Source of the DNA: Octopus sinensis
Lineage: Eukaryota
Direction: 5' to 3'
Assembly (NCBI RefSeq): GCF_006345805.1
Contig: NW_021832226.1
Location: 248,001-312,000, forward strand
DNA: 64,000 bases
Shown here one piece after another: positions 22,015 to 33,551 of the stretch. The position numbers were made by a program, and so were the translations under genes. How positions within the stretch are numbered: position 1 is the stretch's first letter; every line of letters starts with the position of its first letter. A model generated the notes under the pieces. That model worked only from the letters and a program-made list of their open reading frames with translations, was not told the DNA's origin and did not search any database.

Positions 22015-22599
22015 ATGGGAAATCAAAGTTCAAAGTCAAATAAAAAAATCGACGAAGTAATGGATTTAAGTGATTTAATTTCTAAAAGAGAAATAAAAGA
22101 TTTAAGCGAAATCCTTGTTTTTGGCGAACCTGGCAAAAAAATAACCCTTGAGTTGTTTATTTCCATGTACAAGAATATTTTTCCTACAGGAGATCCGACA
22201 AAGTTCGCAAATTATGTTTTTAATGCTATTGACAAAAACAAGGACGGAGCAATCGACTTTTCTGAATTTATAATAGCAGTAAATATTTTACGATCTACAG
22301 AGGATGAAACAAAGTTACAGTGGATTTTCAAACTTTGCGACTTTGATTCCAATGGTGATATATCAAAAAATGAAATAATAAATGTTTTCCAAGTATTAAC
22401 TGAACTGTACTACTTGCAGGCACTTTACGAAATGATTGGAGATGATTGTTGTCTAGATAAAGCAAAGAAGCATGCTAATGATCTTTTTGTTAAATGCGAT
22501 TCGGATAAAAACGATCTTATATCACTAGATGAATTTATGGAAGGTACTAAAAAAGATTGTTCTATTATTGACCTTCTAAAATTTTGTCCTACCACTTAA
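22015..22599 (+). CDS. Neuronal calcium sensor family EF-hand protein, copy 2 (tandem paralogue)
   Basis: MGNQSS start; FPTGDPTKFANYVFNAIDKNKDGAIDFSE; probable in-frame introns of 36 and 27 nt at the same positions as copy 1. Confidence 0.88.
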   Translation: MGNQSSKSNKKIDEVMDLSDLISKREIKDLSEILVFGEPGKKITLELFISMYKNIFPTGDPTKFANYVFNAIDKNKDGAIDFSEFIIAVNILRSTEDETKLQWIFKLCDFDSNGDISKNEIINVFQVLTELYYLQALYEMIGDDCCLDKAKKHANDLFVKCDSDKNDLISLDEFMEGTKKDCSIIDLLKFCPTT

Positions 22600-22948
22600 C
22601 AACCAGTGATATAATAACAAAAATTGTCTACTAACATTTAAAATTATTTCTTTCATTTTTTAAACGTTGAAAATTAACTGCATATTTTTCCCTTAGTTAT
22701 AATAGTATCAATATTTTGCTTCGCTGGTATTTTCACATTTTGAAAGTCTTTAGAACATCTGTTAATGGTTTTATTAATGGGTTAAAAAAGAGTTATAAAT
22801 TAGCTAATGGCATCTGTTTATAGTACTCGGATTGATATTTATCCTATATTCAGAAAACAACACTTCTTTTAACTTGGTTGTGTCAATAATTTATTATCAT
22901 CGACGAAACCAGAATGTATTCTATTTTTTATTTGTAATCATTCAAATT

Positions 22949-23594
22949 AGCCCCACCCATGCCGGTGCGGGTCTACGATCTCGCCGAACGGTTTGCACGC
23001 CCTATCGTGCAAGAAGAGTGCTGGCAGAATTCCTCGCCACACTCACCTCAATGACGCCGTCAAAAGGGCACTAGAGTCGGCAGGTTTCCCCTCCACTCTA
23101 GAGCCAGTCGGTCTCTGTCGGAGTGCTGGAAAGCGTCCTGACGGGATGACTACCTTCCCTTTCAGGGAAGGCAAGTCCCTGATTTGAGATGCAACTTGTG
23201 TTGACTCGTTCTCTGCGACGATGTTACCCAAGACCATCACAAACCCGGATTCTGCCAGTGCTCAGTCTGAAGACGCTAAGAGGACGAAGTATGGAAGTAT
23301 TTCGGACTCTTACGAGTTTGTCCCCCTCGCCTTCGAAACATCTGGAATCGTCGGCAGGTCTGCGACTCGTCTTCTTACCGACATTGCCAGGATGATTGCT
23401 AGGAAGACCAACGACCGGAGGGAGACGAGCTGGCTCTTCCAGCGAATCTCGGTCGCGGTGCTCCGCGGAAACTGCCACTCGATACGCAGCGCGGCGTCGT
23501 TGAGCTGACCTCCAGGCTCTCGTCTATCGCTCTATTCATTTTCCTTCAATTAATTTATTAACTTTCTTGTTTCTCTTTGTTTGAATAAAAAAAA
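22949..23594 (+). mobile_element. 5'-truncated CRE-clade retrotransposon (RLE domain, 3'UTR, polyA)
   Basis: [45 protein letters not shown]; A-tail at 23587-23594; close relative of the 37926-38730 arm. Confidence 0.9.
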
Positions 23595-23731
23595 TTTAGA
23601 AGAATAATTCCCATCACGAGGTTTGCTCTCAATATTATAAAACTTATTATAATTCAATTATTTTGACTATATTTTAGAAAGGCAGCCCTTAAGTATGTGA
23701 AATTAATAAAAATAAATTAACATAATTTTTA

Positions 23732-24529
23732 ATGTTCAGGTTAATTTATTGTTTCATTTATTTAGGGCTTTCTTAGGTGTCTTGTTATATTTGGTGTCGA
23801 TAATCTTATTAAAAAATGATTTTCTTCAAAATGAGCACACGGTACAGACATATGGAATACATTTATGTAGAGTTTGAGTCGCCCTAAATTAAATGTAGCG
23901 ATATTTATTGAAGCAAACTGTCCAGACTCTTCACGATTTATCATAAATCAACTTTATAAATCCTGGCCAAAAATTTCTGACAAAGTAAATGTTACAATTG
24001 TACCATTTGGAATAGCTAAAGTAGTACTAATAAACAAATTTAGATATCATTTGAGAACGGGGCATACAATTTCTCATGTCAACATCGTCAAAAAGAATGT
24101 AATCGAAATAGATTATTGGTATTTGGGTCATTTTGACTTTAAAAAGGCTTGTGGTTATAAATTACTGACTAATTCTCAATTTGAATTAATTAACTTTACA
24201 CAATGCGTAATGTCTGAATTTAACGAACTACCAATAATGACTGTTGAGCGAGTTGATTTTAATATATTATTTGTATAGTGCGTTTCCAGAACTGATAGAA
24301 ATTTTATCTTTCGTTGTTATCAGGGACCTTTATCGTTGAGATTGATTGGGATGTATCAAGAATATCAGTTGACTTATTTTAATCCTATACGTTATGTGCC
24401 TACTATAATGTTTAACGAGGTTATTGTTTATATTTTAAATGTCAGATCCACTCTAGAAATCTTAGTTTACAAGCTGAATTGAATTTGGAAAAAACAGTTA
24501 ATCAACTTTATAATCCTACCAACCTCTAA
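23732..24529 (+). CDS. GILT-like (gamma-interferon-inducible lysosomal thiol reductase, IFI30 family)
   Basis: Spliced signal peptide MFRAFLGVLLYLVSIILL; VAIFIEANCPDSSRFI (CxxS site); VNVTIVPFG. Confidence 0.8.
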
Positions 24530-24818
24530 CTGATGTTGATTACTAATCGATTGATTAATACGGACCTTATTCCTTAAAAAATGAAAATTTACTTAAGTTT
24601 TCAAAATACAGACAGAACAATACTAATTTTAATTCTGCCATAATTTTCATAGTTAGAGATGAAGTTCTCGATTTTTTTCCTGCCTCTAAGTGCTTACACA
24701 CCTTCCTGCTCTCAAACATACAAACAATGCCGTGGTGTCTGAGTTTTTCCGTTTTTAGAATCGAAATTCGCATAAAGTTTTAAAATTAAGTCCATTTGAT
24801 AAAAAACTAATTAATATC

Positions 24819-26010
24819 CTAACTAGGTCCAGAGCCTTCAAGGTGAACAGATTATTGCAGTCCACCCACCTCCTTCCATTTTTCCTTCTTTTCTCTGGCA
24901 CTATAGACCTCCGAGGAGGTGCAGTCCAGCCCCTCTCGTTAACTATTTACACTGATCCATCAATCCTAATTCGTTTGCATACCTCCTCCTTTTCTTCCCT
25001 TCCACTATCTTCAAACGATCTAGGTACCTGATGCCAACCTCCACGATAACAGTCTCCTGGTGATTTTATCGTGGATCACAATATTGGGTTTGCTGTGCTG
25101 AAAACAATCGAGGTGCGTATTGGGGTATCCACTGTAATGCACACCTTCAAGATTACGTCCAGTGAGATTACGTACTCGTTCAAGGCGTAAAATAATTTCC
25201 GTCAATTGAAGCGAGTTTTTCATAATATTGCTGCCCTACTACGCACAACTTCCACGACACACTTTCTTGTTTTCAGTTTGATTAATGAGACTGAACTCTT
25301 CACGACAAAAAGATACTTATACCCTTGGTGCTCCTCCAAGAGTTTTACTAGGTCACCACACACAGGGGCGTTAGTCTCCGACTTGTTTTATTTAAGCTTC
25401 AGGCTCACAACTTTCATAAAACTTTTCAAGGCTTTATCTACCGAGTGGAGGATCTCTGAAAACCGAGCGAATAGTTTAATGCCGTCTATAAACATGAGAT
25501 AGTTGGTGCTAGAACACTTTCCATCATGTAAGATCGACATTTGTTCGGATTGGGCAGTGAGGACTCTACTCAGCAGTTCTAGGCAGGGGACAAAAAGCAG
25601 CGGAGACATGCTGTCGCCACGTAATATGCCCTTTTCTAGCTTAACCTCGGCTATATCGCATTTGTTGTAGTCTAGATGCACATTTCTCCTCTCCATCACA
25701 GTTACAACAAATATGATAAACTACAAAGGCAACTTGAGTTCGCTAGCCATAATAAATAAAAATCTGATCTAGTTCTTAATCTTTAATCCAGGGAAGATGC
25801 AAACAACCTTTTTATAGACAAGTACTAATTTATAGAAAACCTGCCTGTTAACATGGTGATAATCTGCAAATTGTTACACATCACAGATTTAAGAATAAGA
25901 ATAAAAAGAATGACACATGGCTTTCTTGATTTATTAAAAACATAAATTGTCACAACATTACTCAATCGTATTGCAATTGTTATAGCATCGGCCTATCTAT
26001 ACACGTGGAT
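24819..26010 (-). mobile_element. Degenerate RLE-type non-LTR retroelement fragments with 3' end
   Basis: GILRGDSMSPLLFV, YLMFIDGIKLF, HSKPNIVIHDK, ANELGLMDQCK; 3' segment shared with 53899-54010; 25770-26010 resembles 61730-61960. Confidence 0.75.
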
Positions 26011-26219
26011 AAATCCAAAATTGTGAACATTCATCTAAATCCAAGTCTATTTACTGCCGCAACTTTCACGTGCCGAATTATTCTTTCCGACGTCCAAATT
26101 ACCGACAAGTCAAATTTGACGATTCTCAGTAATCTCATGGGTTCTTTTGCCCTTGAAAACTCATTGTCTTGAAAAATTTCAAATTTATTTAATATGATAG
26201 AGAAGCTTAAAGACTTCAA

Positions 26220-27170
26220 GCCTCATGTGGCTCTTTTTCTCTTGGGAAACCATCTTTCCGCCCCTAAGATTTTTTACACGTTAAGATGCGCGCCCTGTTT
26301 TCACAGAGGGGAGCTTCTTTCCGACTTTGACAATATCTTCAGGCTCGGTACAGGCTCACTTTGAAATCTGGCCTTCGACGATCCCGGTTGGATTCAGGCA
26401 TTTTTACCTGTGCGCTGGGGCGGCCTTGGCTTGAGATCCTACTCCAATCTGGCCCTTCCTGCTTTCCTATCCGCATACTCTGCTTCACGTATTCTTTCAG
26501 ACATCGTTCTAAGAAATTATCTGAAGATTACTCTGCGGTTTGTGGCCAGTTGGAAGCTCGGTTTGACTCGAGGCTTTCCGATTTTGCATTTATCCAGCTT
26601 CAGTGGGATAAAATCTCTTTTTAGTCAATATACAAAAACTTAGTTTCTGTCTAATCACTCTCTCACTTGCCGCCGAAGTGCTGGTCGTGACCCTCGTCAT
26701 AGCGAACTTAACGTTATCATACAGAGAGACCTTGCTTCCGCTGATATCCGGTCAATCCTCGAAACAATTGGGCTGGATAGAAAAGACAGCAAACGCATAG
26801 ATGGTCTATTCATATTCCTTATTTTGGATTCTACCCGCTCAGACATATTTTCGCATGAAAATCTCGCTCGGTCCGCTGTCGATCCTGACCACGCGTCAAG
26901 GCAGGGCGAGGATTTCAAGATTCTCAAGTACGACCACTTTTCAAACTTGTTGTTTTTTACCTCAGCTGCTTTAAAGTCCTGCGGCATCTTCGGCCCAAGA
27001 CACTTCGCTTGCTTCGCTCGCGCAGTTGACAGATATCAAGGATCAGACACGACTTAAGAGAGTTCTCTAGGCTCTTGGAACGTCTGTCGATCGCTGTGAT
27101 CTGAGAGAATGGCTTTGCTATTTACGAGGCTGGTCGAGCTTCTCGTGAAGCCTTTAACTAGTTTAACTCC
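26220..27170 (+). mobile_element. CRE-clade retrotransposon 3' fragment, second subfamily
   Basis: RWGGLGLRS..LALPAFLS, KRIDG, LERLSIAVI..EAGRASREAFN; same ending type as the 52336 copy. Confidence 0.8.
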
Positions 27171-27299
27171 TTCGTTTAGTGTCTTCCTTTAATTGCAACT
27201 TGAACATCATAAACAATAACTATTTTTATTATATATGCATTTTGGCGATACAATTGATCGTGAAAAAACTTTTGCAGAACAGGAAACAATAAGAGTTTT

Positions 27300-27900
27300 T
27301 AATTTGATTTATTTCCCTCTAGCCTGGGCGACGTCACGTAATACGCCAAGATCGTGCCCATTCCTTAAATATTTCCCCACACTCCGAAGGTCCCTGTCCA
27401 GTGTAACCGGGAGAATATTTCTTAGGCGTCAACGGAAATGAAGGCCGTCAGCTTTGGAATAGTCTCCATAGCGGTGTTCTATCCTTAGAATGTGTCCAAA
27501 TAGCCTCCACCAGCATGCTGTAATTTCGAGAGAGATTAGTTTGCTTGATATCCTGGGATAAACTGTTTTACTGCTAAGACATGAATAACATTTAGAGGCT
27601 AGAGTACGCCGAAGTTGATCTCTATGGAACAAGTCTAGATTGAAATTGTCCGTATCAGAAAAAGTGGATAGGTTTTACCAGTGAATTGTATGAGCGTATC
27701 CGTGTTTGTGTACTAAGTTCTTTGCGCTTTAGCCAATTTTCCTTTAGGCTGCGTAGTGCGCTGTTTGCATGTGGTTTTGCATAATTAGGTTTAATTCGTA
27801 TTTCAATAGAGATCCAAGTTTCCTAAATTTTCTCCAGTATTCGTTCAACTTACATTTTTGTCTGACAAATTCGATAAATTATGTTTTCTCCGCATTTACA
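27300..27900 (-). mobile_element. RTE-like LINE 3' remnant
   Basis: WRLFGHILR followed by ILPVTLDRDL..DLGVLRDVAQ, typical of LINE RT C-termini. Confidence 0.55.
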
Positions 27901-27944
27901 CAGAGGAATTACTCTGCAAGTTTATTTGGAATCACCTCCAACAA

Positions 27945-28389
27945 ACTTTAGAGTTTTTAAAATTGAACAGATTTTAAACAATTGATCACTTGTCTCAGGA
28001 AAAAGAGGATGCACAGTTATACAATTCTACTATTATGCAACCTACAGCATAGATATCTACAGATGCACTATAGTTTGTAGATCTTAATAACAACTTCGTG
28101 CTCTATACCTTGATCAATTAATAAAATTATATATAACCATCTTGTAAATACATAAAATCTGAAAAAGATGGATGAAAACGTAGTTCTCTCGCCGAGTCAA
28201 AGTCAGCTAATTTTATGCAATTGATACTCGAGTATAAAAATTTTCAGGTTTTAAATAAAAAAATATATTATTCTAATTTGAAAAATACTTTTAAATTGCG
28301 ACTTTGTCTCCGCTTGATTTGATAATATCTGAATATGCAATTCCATATATTCCATCTCCCAGAATTTTTGAAAAGGAATACTTATCCAT
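27945..28389 (-). pseudogene. Unprocessed MAK/ICK-like (RCK family) kinase pseudogene
   Basis: MDKYSFSKILGDGIYG..KVAI*; LKPEN; KLADFDSARELR; LLRSTNYSASVDIYAVGCIIVELY; HPLFP..DQLFKICS. Frameshifts, a stop, loss of subdomains III-VI; a 27-nt intron is retained at TRW|YRA. Confidence 0.75.
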
Positions 28390-28878
28390 AAATTTACAAC
28401 CAAATAACGTTCAAAATAAAATAATTAATAATTTTACCTTGTAGATACATTCAAATCAACAGTAATTCTAATCAAATATTGAAAAACGTCGAACTTTTAT
28501 TCATGCTCAAACTTTGGCCTTATTAAAAACATGCCAAAAAACTTTTTAAACTTTCATGCCGCTCTCGTCTATAAAACTTTTAAGTGTTAAAAGGAAGCAG
28601 TCTGTTTGTAAGTATTTTCATCAAATCTAATTAATTTGAATAATTTTAACTATTTTATTCAGATTGTGGAAGATTCTTTAATATATTCTGAAAATCGAAA
28701 AATGAATCGCAAAAGCTTCAATAAATCATTAATCATTTAATGTGAAAGTCTATTTTTAAACAAGTCTCTACAATATTATGTAAAAACTATAGAGTGATTT
28801 CTTGTTATATATATTTTTTTTGAAAACAAAATTTTCTTAATGTAATAAAATTTTAGTTTCTATAGATCTAAAACCTTA

Positions 28879-31800
28879 ATGGTAAAAAAGGATTCTAAGA
28901 AAAAGGAAGAAAACACAAACGATGTGATATTTTGTTAAAATTTATTAACTATTAGTTCGAAAAAATGGAAATTGAGACAAAAGAAGTAGCAACTGCTGTT
29001 CTTATGCTAAATAGTACTGAGAATGAAGTATTGGCTAAATGTTGCGATTCAATTTTTAAGTTTGCAAACAAATGTATTATTATAAAAAATTTAATAAACA
29101 GCAAATGAGACAATAAAAATTTTATACGATTTAAACTGTGTTGAACTTTTACTGAAGCTTATAAACAGTGAAGATTATTCAGTAAAAAGAAATGCTTGCA
29201 TGGTTATTGGACAAATGACTCATTTAGGTTTACAATATCATTTTTAAAATACTTAGTTGATGTGAGACAAAAATTGAGCTCATCTAAAAAGTACATTCAA
29301 TTATTTATAAATCTCATAAACACAGAAGGTGATTTAATTACAAAATTAAAATTTGAAACAGAAAGTAAATTAATTCACGAATTCTCCGCAATGAGTCTCT
29401 GCAATCTTGCCAACGACATTGTCTGTCGTTCATGGATTGCTGAATGTTCTGGTCTAGACGCTATTAATAACTGTTTGACATCCTCTGACCCAGATGTCCA
29501 GAAGAATTCCATTGAAACACTTTTTAAAATATTAGAAGTTTTTGAACATATAACTTTATTTAATTAGGATTTTAAAGTAAGAAAACAACTAAAAAAAGTC
29601 AACATTTTACCAAATATTTTTTCGCTTTTTAACTCTGAATATCCAATTATCCAACGATTTGCAATTTCTTGTATAACTTTAGCTGCCGAAGAACGTATGA
29701 ATGGTCCAAATTTATGATTTAGATGAAAATAGAGTTCTTTTAAGAGAACAAAACGTATCTAGTGTTTTGTTAAATATGCTTACAAATTCAAAATATGCTG
29801 ATCTTCAGCCATATACTATATCTGCAATTGCAGTTATCCTTGAAGATTCGCAAATAGCTCAAGTATTTTTTATCTTAATTTTTCACAAGGAAATAAAGGA
29901 ACAAGGAGGAATAGCAACTATTTTGTCGATATTAATCGACAATCCAATCGAACCGGTAACTATTGATGCTAAGCAAGACAAAAAATCTCCAAAACAGAGA
30001 AAAGGGAAAGAAGGTTTATATTTTTGATAAATTTCTTACTTTCTTTATTAAATAAAACATATAGGAGGTAAACCTACCAGAGGTGCAAGTTCAAAAGGTT
30101 TTATTTTTTTAAATATAAAAGGAAAACAAAAAATAGTTGAAAGTGAAATAATCCCAATGATGCCAGACGTGAAGGTACAATTACTGAAAGCTTTGACTTC
30201 ACTCGCCAAACACGGTTTTAAATCAAAATACTATTTTATAGACGAGCATAGGAAAATACTTTATGACAGTGAAATTGAGAAAACGTTCATTAAACTTTTA
30301 ACAAATGATAATCAACTCATTCAGTTTGCAGCGTTGGAAGGTTTATCAAACATGGCAGAAAACTTGCTTAGTCGAATACGTATTGGAAAAATCGGTGACA
30401 AATAATTTATTTCGATATTAGATGGAATTTCACCAATAATTAAACTTATGACAAGTGATAATTCCGATATTAGGGAAACTTCTTCAGGTGTTCTTGTCAC
30501 ACTAACTTCTGACAACAAACTTAACGGCAAGTAAAAAAACTAACATTTTAATAATTAATTTTAAGGGAAGTAGCAGCATCTGGAAATGTTGAAACTATAT
30601 TAAGAGGACTACGAGATCAAAAAATAGAAGTTGTAACAAATTCAGCAAATATTCTAATCAATCTGGTTATATCAAATGCAATTTCGGCGTCGCAAGCAGG
30701 GAAATCTTCAGTAGATGGGATTTTTAACTTATTTAAAAAATCGTTGATAAAAATAGTAAATTTTGTAGAAATAATAACAACTTTAAAGCAAAGGCCACAG
30801 CTTGCCTTGCAATTTCGACATTTTCAACTGATCCTGACACTCGAGAAAAAGTCGCTGCATATTGTAAATAACTATGTTTAGTATTCAAAAACTCGGATTA
30901 TTAAAGAATTGGTTTCTCTTCTTGATTCAAAATTTGAATGTGTGAGAAAAAATGCTGCATGGAGTGTAATTGTTCTGTCATCAAAGCCCAATGTATCACA
31001 ATCATTATCCGAAATGGGGTTTTAATAACAAGATTATAATCAATTTTTCAAGAGCACTAAGAATATTGCAAAATGTTATGGAATCAACAACGATGGCAAA
31101 CAAAATGTCCTTGGCGGCGTACAATGCCATTTTGGATTCCAACTTGGTTGCAAAATTTGCTTATGAAGATTTTCTGGGTATCAACAATCTATTTAAAAAT
31201 TTTGATTGTACAAATATCACTGGAGATACATTTTTGGATATAGGAAAAATGAAAACTAAGTCCAACATTCAAAGTTTAGAAGCATATTGCAAACAGCCCA
31301 TAAATCAAAATTTGCCATATGTTTTATTCAACTTTTATGCTCAGTAAATAATTCTATCGGCTCTATAAAATTATTAGAACCACAGAAAAATCAATATCTG
31401 AAAATGACGATGAAGAAGATACAAGTAATTTATACTATAAGAGGTACGCTATATAAAAATATTTTTGCTTACTTAGCGATGACAACGAAAGCCGAAATTC
31501 GTTGGTTATAGGGATTGAAGAACCAACAAAAGAAAAGCTTACAAAACAAAAAACAAGGTGGACTGAGTTTTATTAAAATCTAAGGGAAATTTCGTTAAAC
31601 CTTGAACTCAAAGAAGTTACTAACGATCTTGCAAATAATCCCGCTGAAGATACATTCAATATTATGAAGGATGATAATTTAATAATGTACTTAAAAGAAG
31701 CTTTTGAAGCAGTCAGTCCACCTCAATCACTTTACTCAAGAGTAAGTAAATTGGCAATGTTTGATTTTGATATATAATGGATCAATAGAATTGTTTCAAG

Positions 31801-32207
31801 GGTCCTTGGAGGCCAAGTGACTGATTTTGATCAAATGAACTATGATTGGGAAATTCATTTCGCTGAGCTTAGGGATAAATATCAATCAACAGTTATCCCG
31901 GTGGGAATTATAAAGAAAGGCTTTTTTATTCACAGAGCTGTTTTATTTAAAGTCATTAGAAATTTAAAAATGAAATATAGATTCTGGCTGACAAATTGGC
32001 GATTCCCTGCACTCTTTACAGAGGAAATTATGGACGAGGATGGAATACAGTTTTCATAGAGAATTTAGAAAGACAGGTATTTCAAAATATTATTAAAACT
32101 ACAAACAGGGAGAGAGAAAAGAATATATTATCGATTTAATGACTAATATAGGTCAAATTATAGAACTTGGATCACGCGATGCCAATAATTACACTAGATT
32201 AAATTGA
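28879..32207 (+). CDS. ARMC3: Armadillo repeat-containing protein 3 (ARM repeats, C-terminal EDR1-like domain)
   Basis: N-terminus FEKMEIETKEVATAVLMLNSTENEVLAKCCDSIFKFA; C-terminus FFIHRAVLFK|ILADKLAIPCTLYRGNYGRGWN; many short introns. Confidence 0.85.
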
Positions 32208-32329
32208 CAAATATTTCTAATATATGACTCATTAAAAACAAAAAAATTTTAATAATGATATTATGTCAATTCCGAGTAACATCCACACCCGTAGAATAAA
32301 ATAAATATATGTTCGATTTGAGGAAAACA

Positions 32330-33551
32330 CTAATCAGAACAACTCGGAAAGATCTTTGAGAATACTTTACCTTCCCAAAGAGGAACTTCGTCTGAATCAT
32401 TAAAAAGTTCTACAAAAGCGACAGAAGAGTCAAAATCAAAACAAGCTGTTTTAAAAAAATAGCTAAAAATAATTAGAACTACACATTTTTACCGGAAAGA
32501 TCCTTTCCTTCCTACAACTTTCTTAAATTCTCCCAAATCAATCACAGATTGATTAACTATAGTTCGAAAAGGAAATTTTTCATTAGAGAATTGATATCCA
32601 ACCACAAGTGAGCCCGCAGGAGCAGCTAATGAGTAAGGAAATTTCTCAATGCTAAAATTCATTGACCTTGCCTATTAATAAGTAAATATAATACGATTAA
32701 TACAGTTTCATTAAGCCTTTGAGCAAAACACGACGCGGGCTTTATATTTAGAGGTATTGAAGCTTCTTTAATTGAGGTTTCATCCCATATTTTTGAGATG
32801 TGTTCCTCAAGAATGTCATCTGGTCGAATGTGAGAGCGACTGAAGGGCTTCTCATTCGCCTGCTATATTATCGAATGATTAGATAACAACCACCTGAGTT
32901 CTATTAATACTCATATTCTCAATTCTGTAAGAAAGTTCATCCCCAAAAGTCTTTGGATCAGTGACAGCCAGATTTGGCTGATAGCGAGATCTGCTTGTCT
33001 AAAGAAAATAAGATTAAATAAGTATTAACTATTTGCTGACTTGGATATTTCCACATATTCGACGATTTAGACAAATTTAAACAACTTTTTTGGCTGTAGG
33101 CCATTTGGTTGGACTTGCAAACGTCAGTATTGTTCAAAAAATCGAGATATTCAGGAGATAAAAGGAAAATCCGGAAATAATTGTCCTTCAGGAAGACATA
33201 AGTCTCAGATTTAGCTTCTTTGAATAATTTCTTAAAGTCAACAGACTCGTCCTTCATATTGACACTTAAATATATCCGACTAGCCATTTCAGGAGAAATA
33301 CAGGAAATTTTCCCACGGATAATAAACCGACGATGAAGAGACTTGGCATGGTTGTAAAGAGCAATGGGTTCTGTAATTTTGATAACTCCCTTGCAAGCGA
33401 AATAAAAATCAAGACAGTCTCCAAGATGTAATTTGTCGAGGAAAGTCTTGAAAACTATTAATCCCTTCGAGCTTTGGAGTAGTTCATCAATGTTGTTGAA
33501 CCAGGGAGGCTCGTTATTTTTCATTGAAGCAATATCAGCGTCGTTATCCAT
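32330..33551 (-). CDS. AXIN: Compact Axin (RGS, GSK3- and beta-catenin-binding motifs, DIX), about 365 aa
   Basis: RGS EPPWFNNIDELLQSSKGLIVFKTFL; DPKTFGDELSYRIE; PDDILEEHISKIW; DIX LVVGYQF..FPFRT..GEFKKVVGRKGSFR|YFFK..VPLWEGKV; four introns. Confidence 0.88.

Noticed and set aside
24895-24929. HDV-like or twister-sister ribozyme (CCUCCUCG, GGUGCAGUCCAGC)
   Set aside because: Only short motif likeness; the required P2/P1.1 or multiway junction pairings could not be built.
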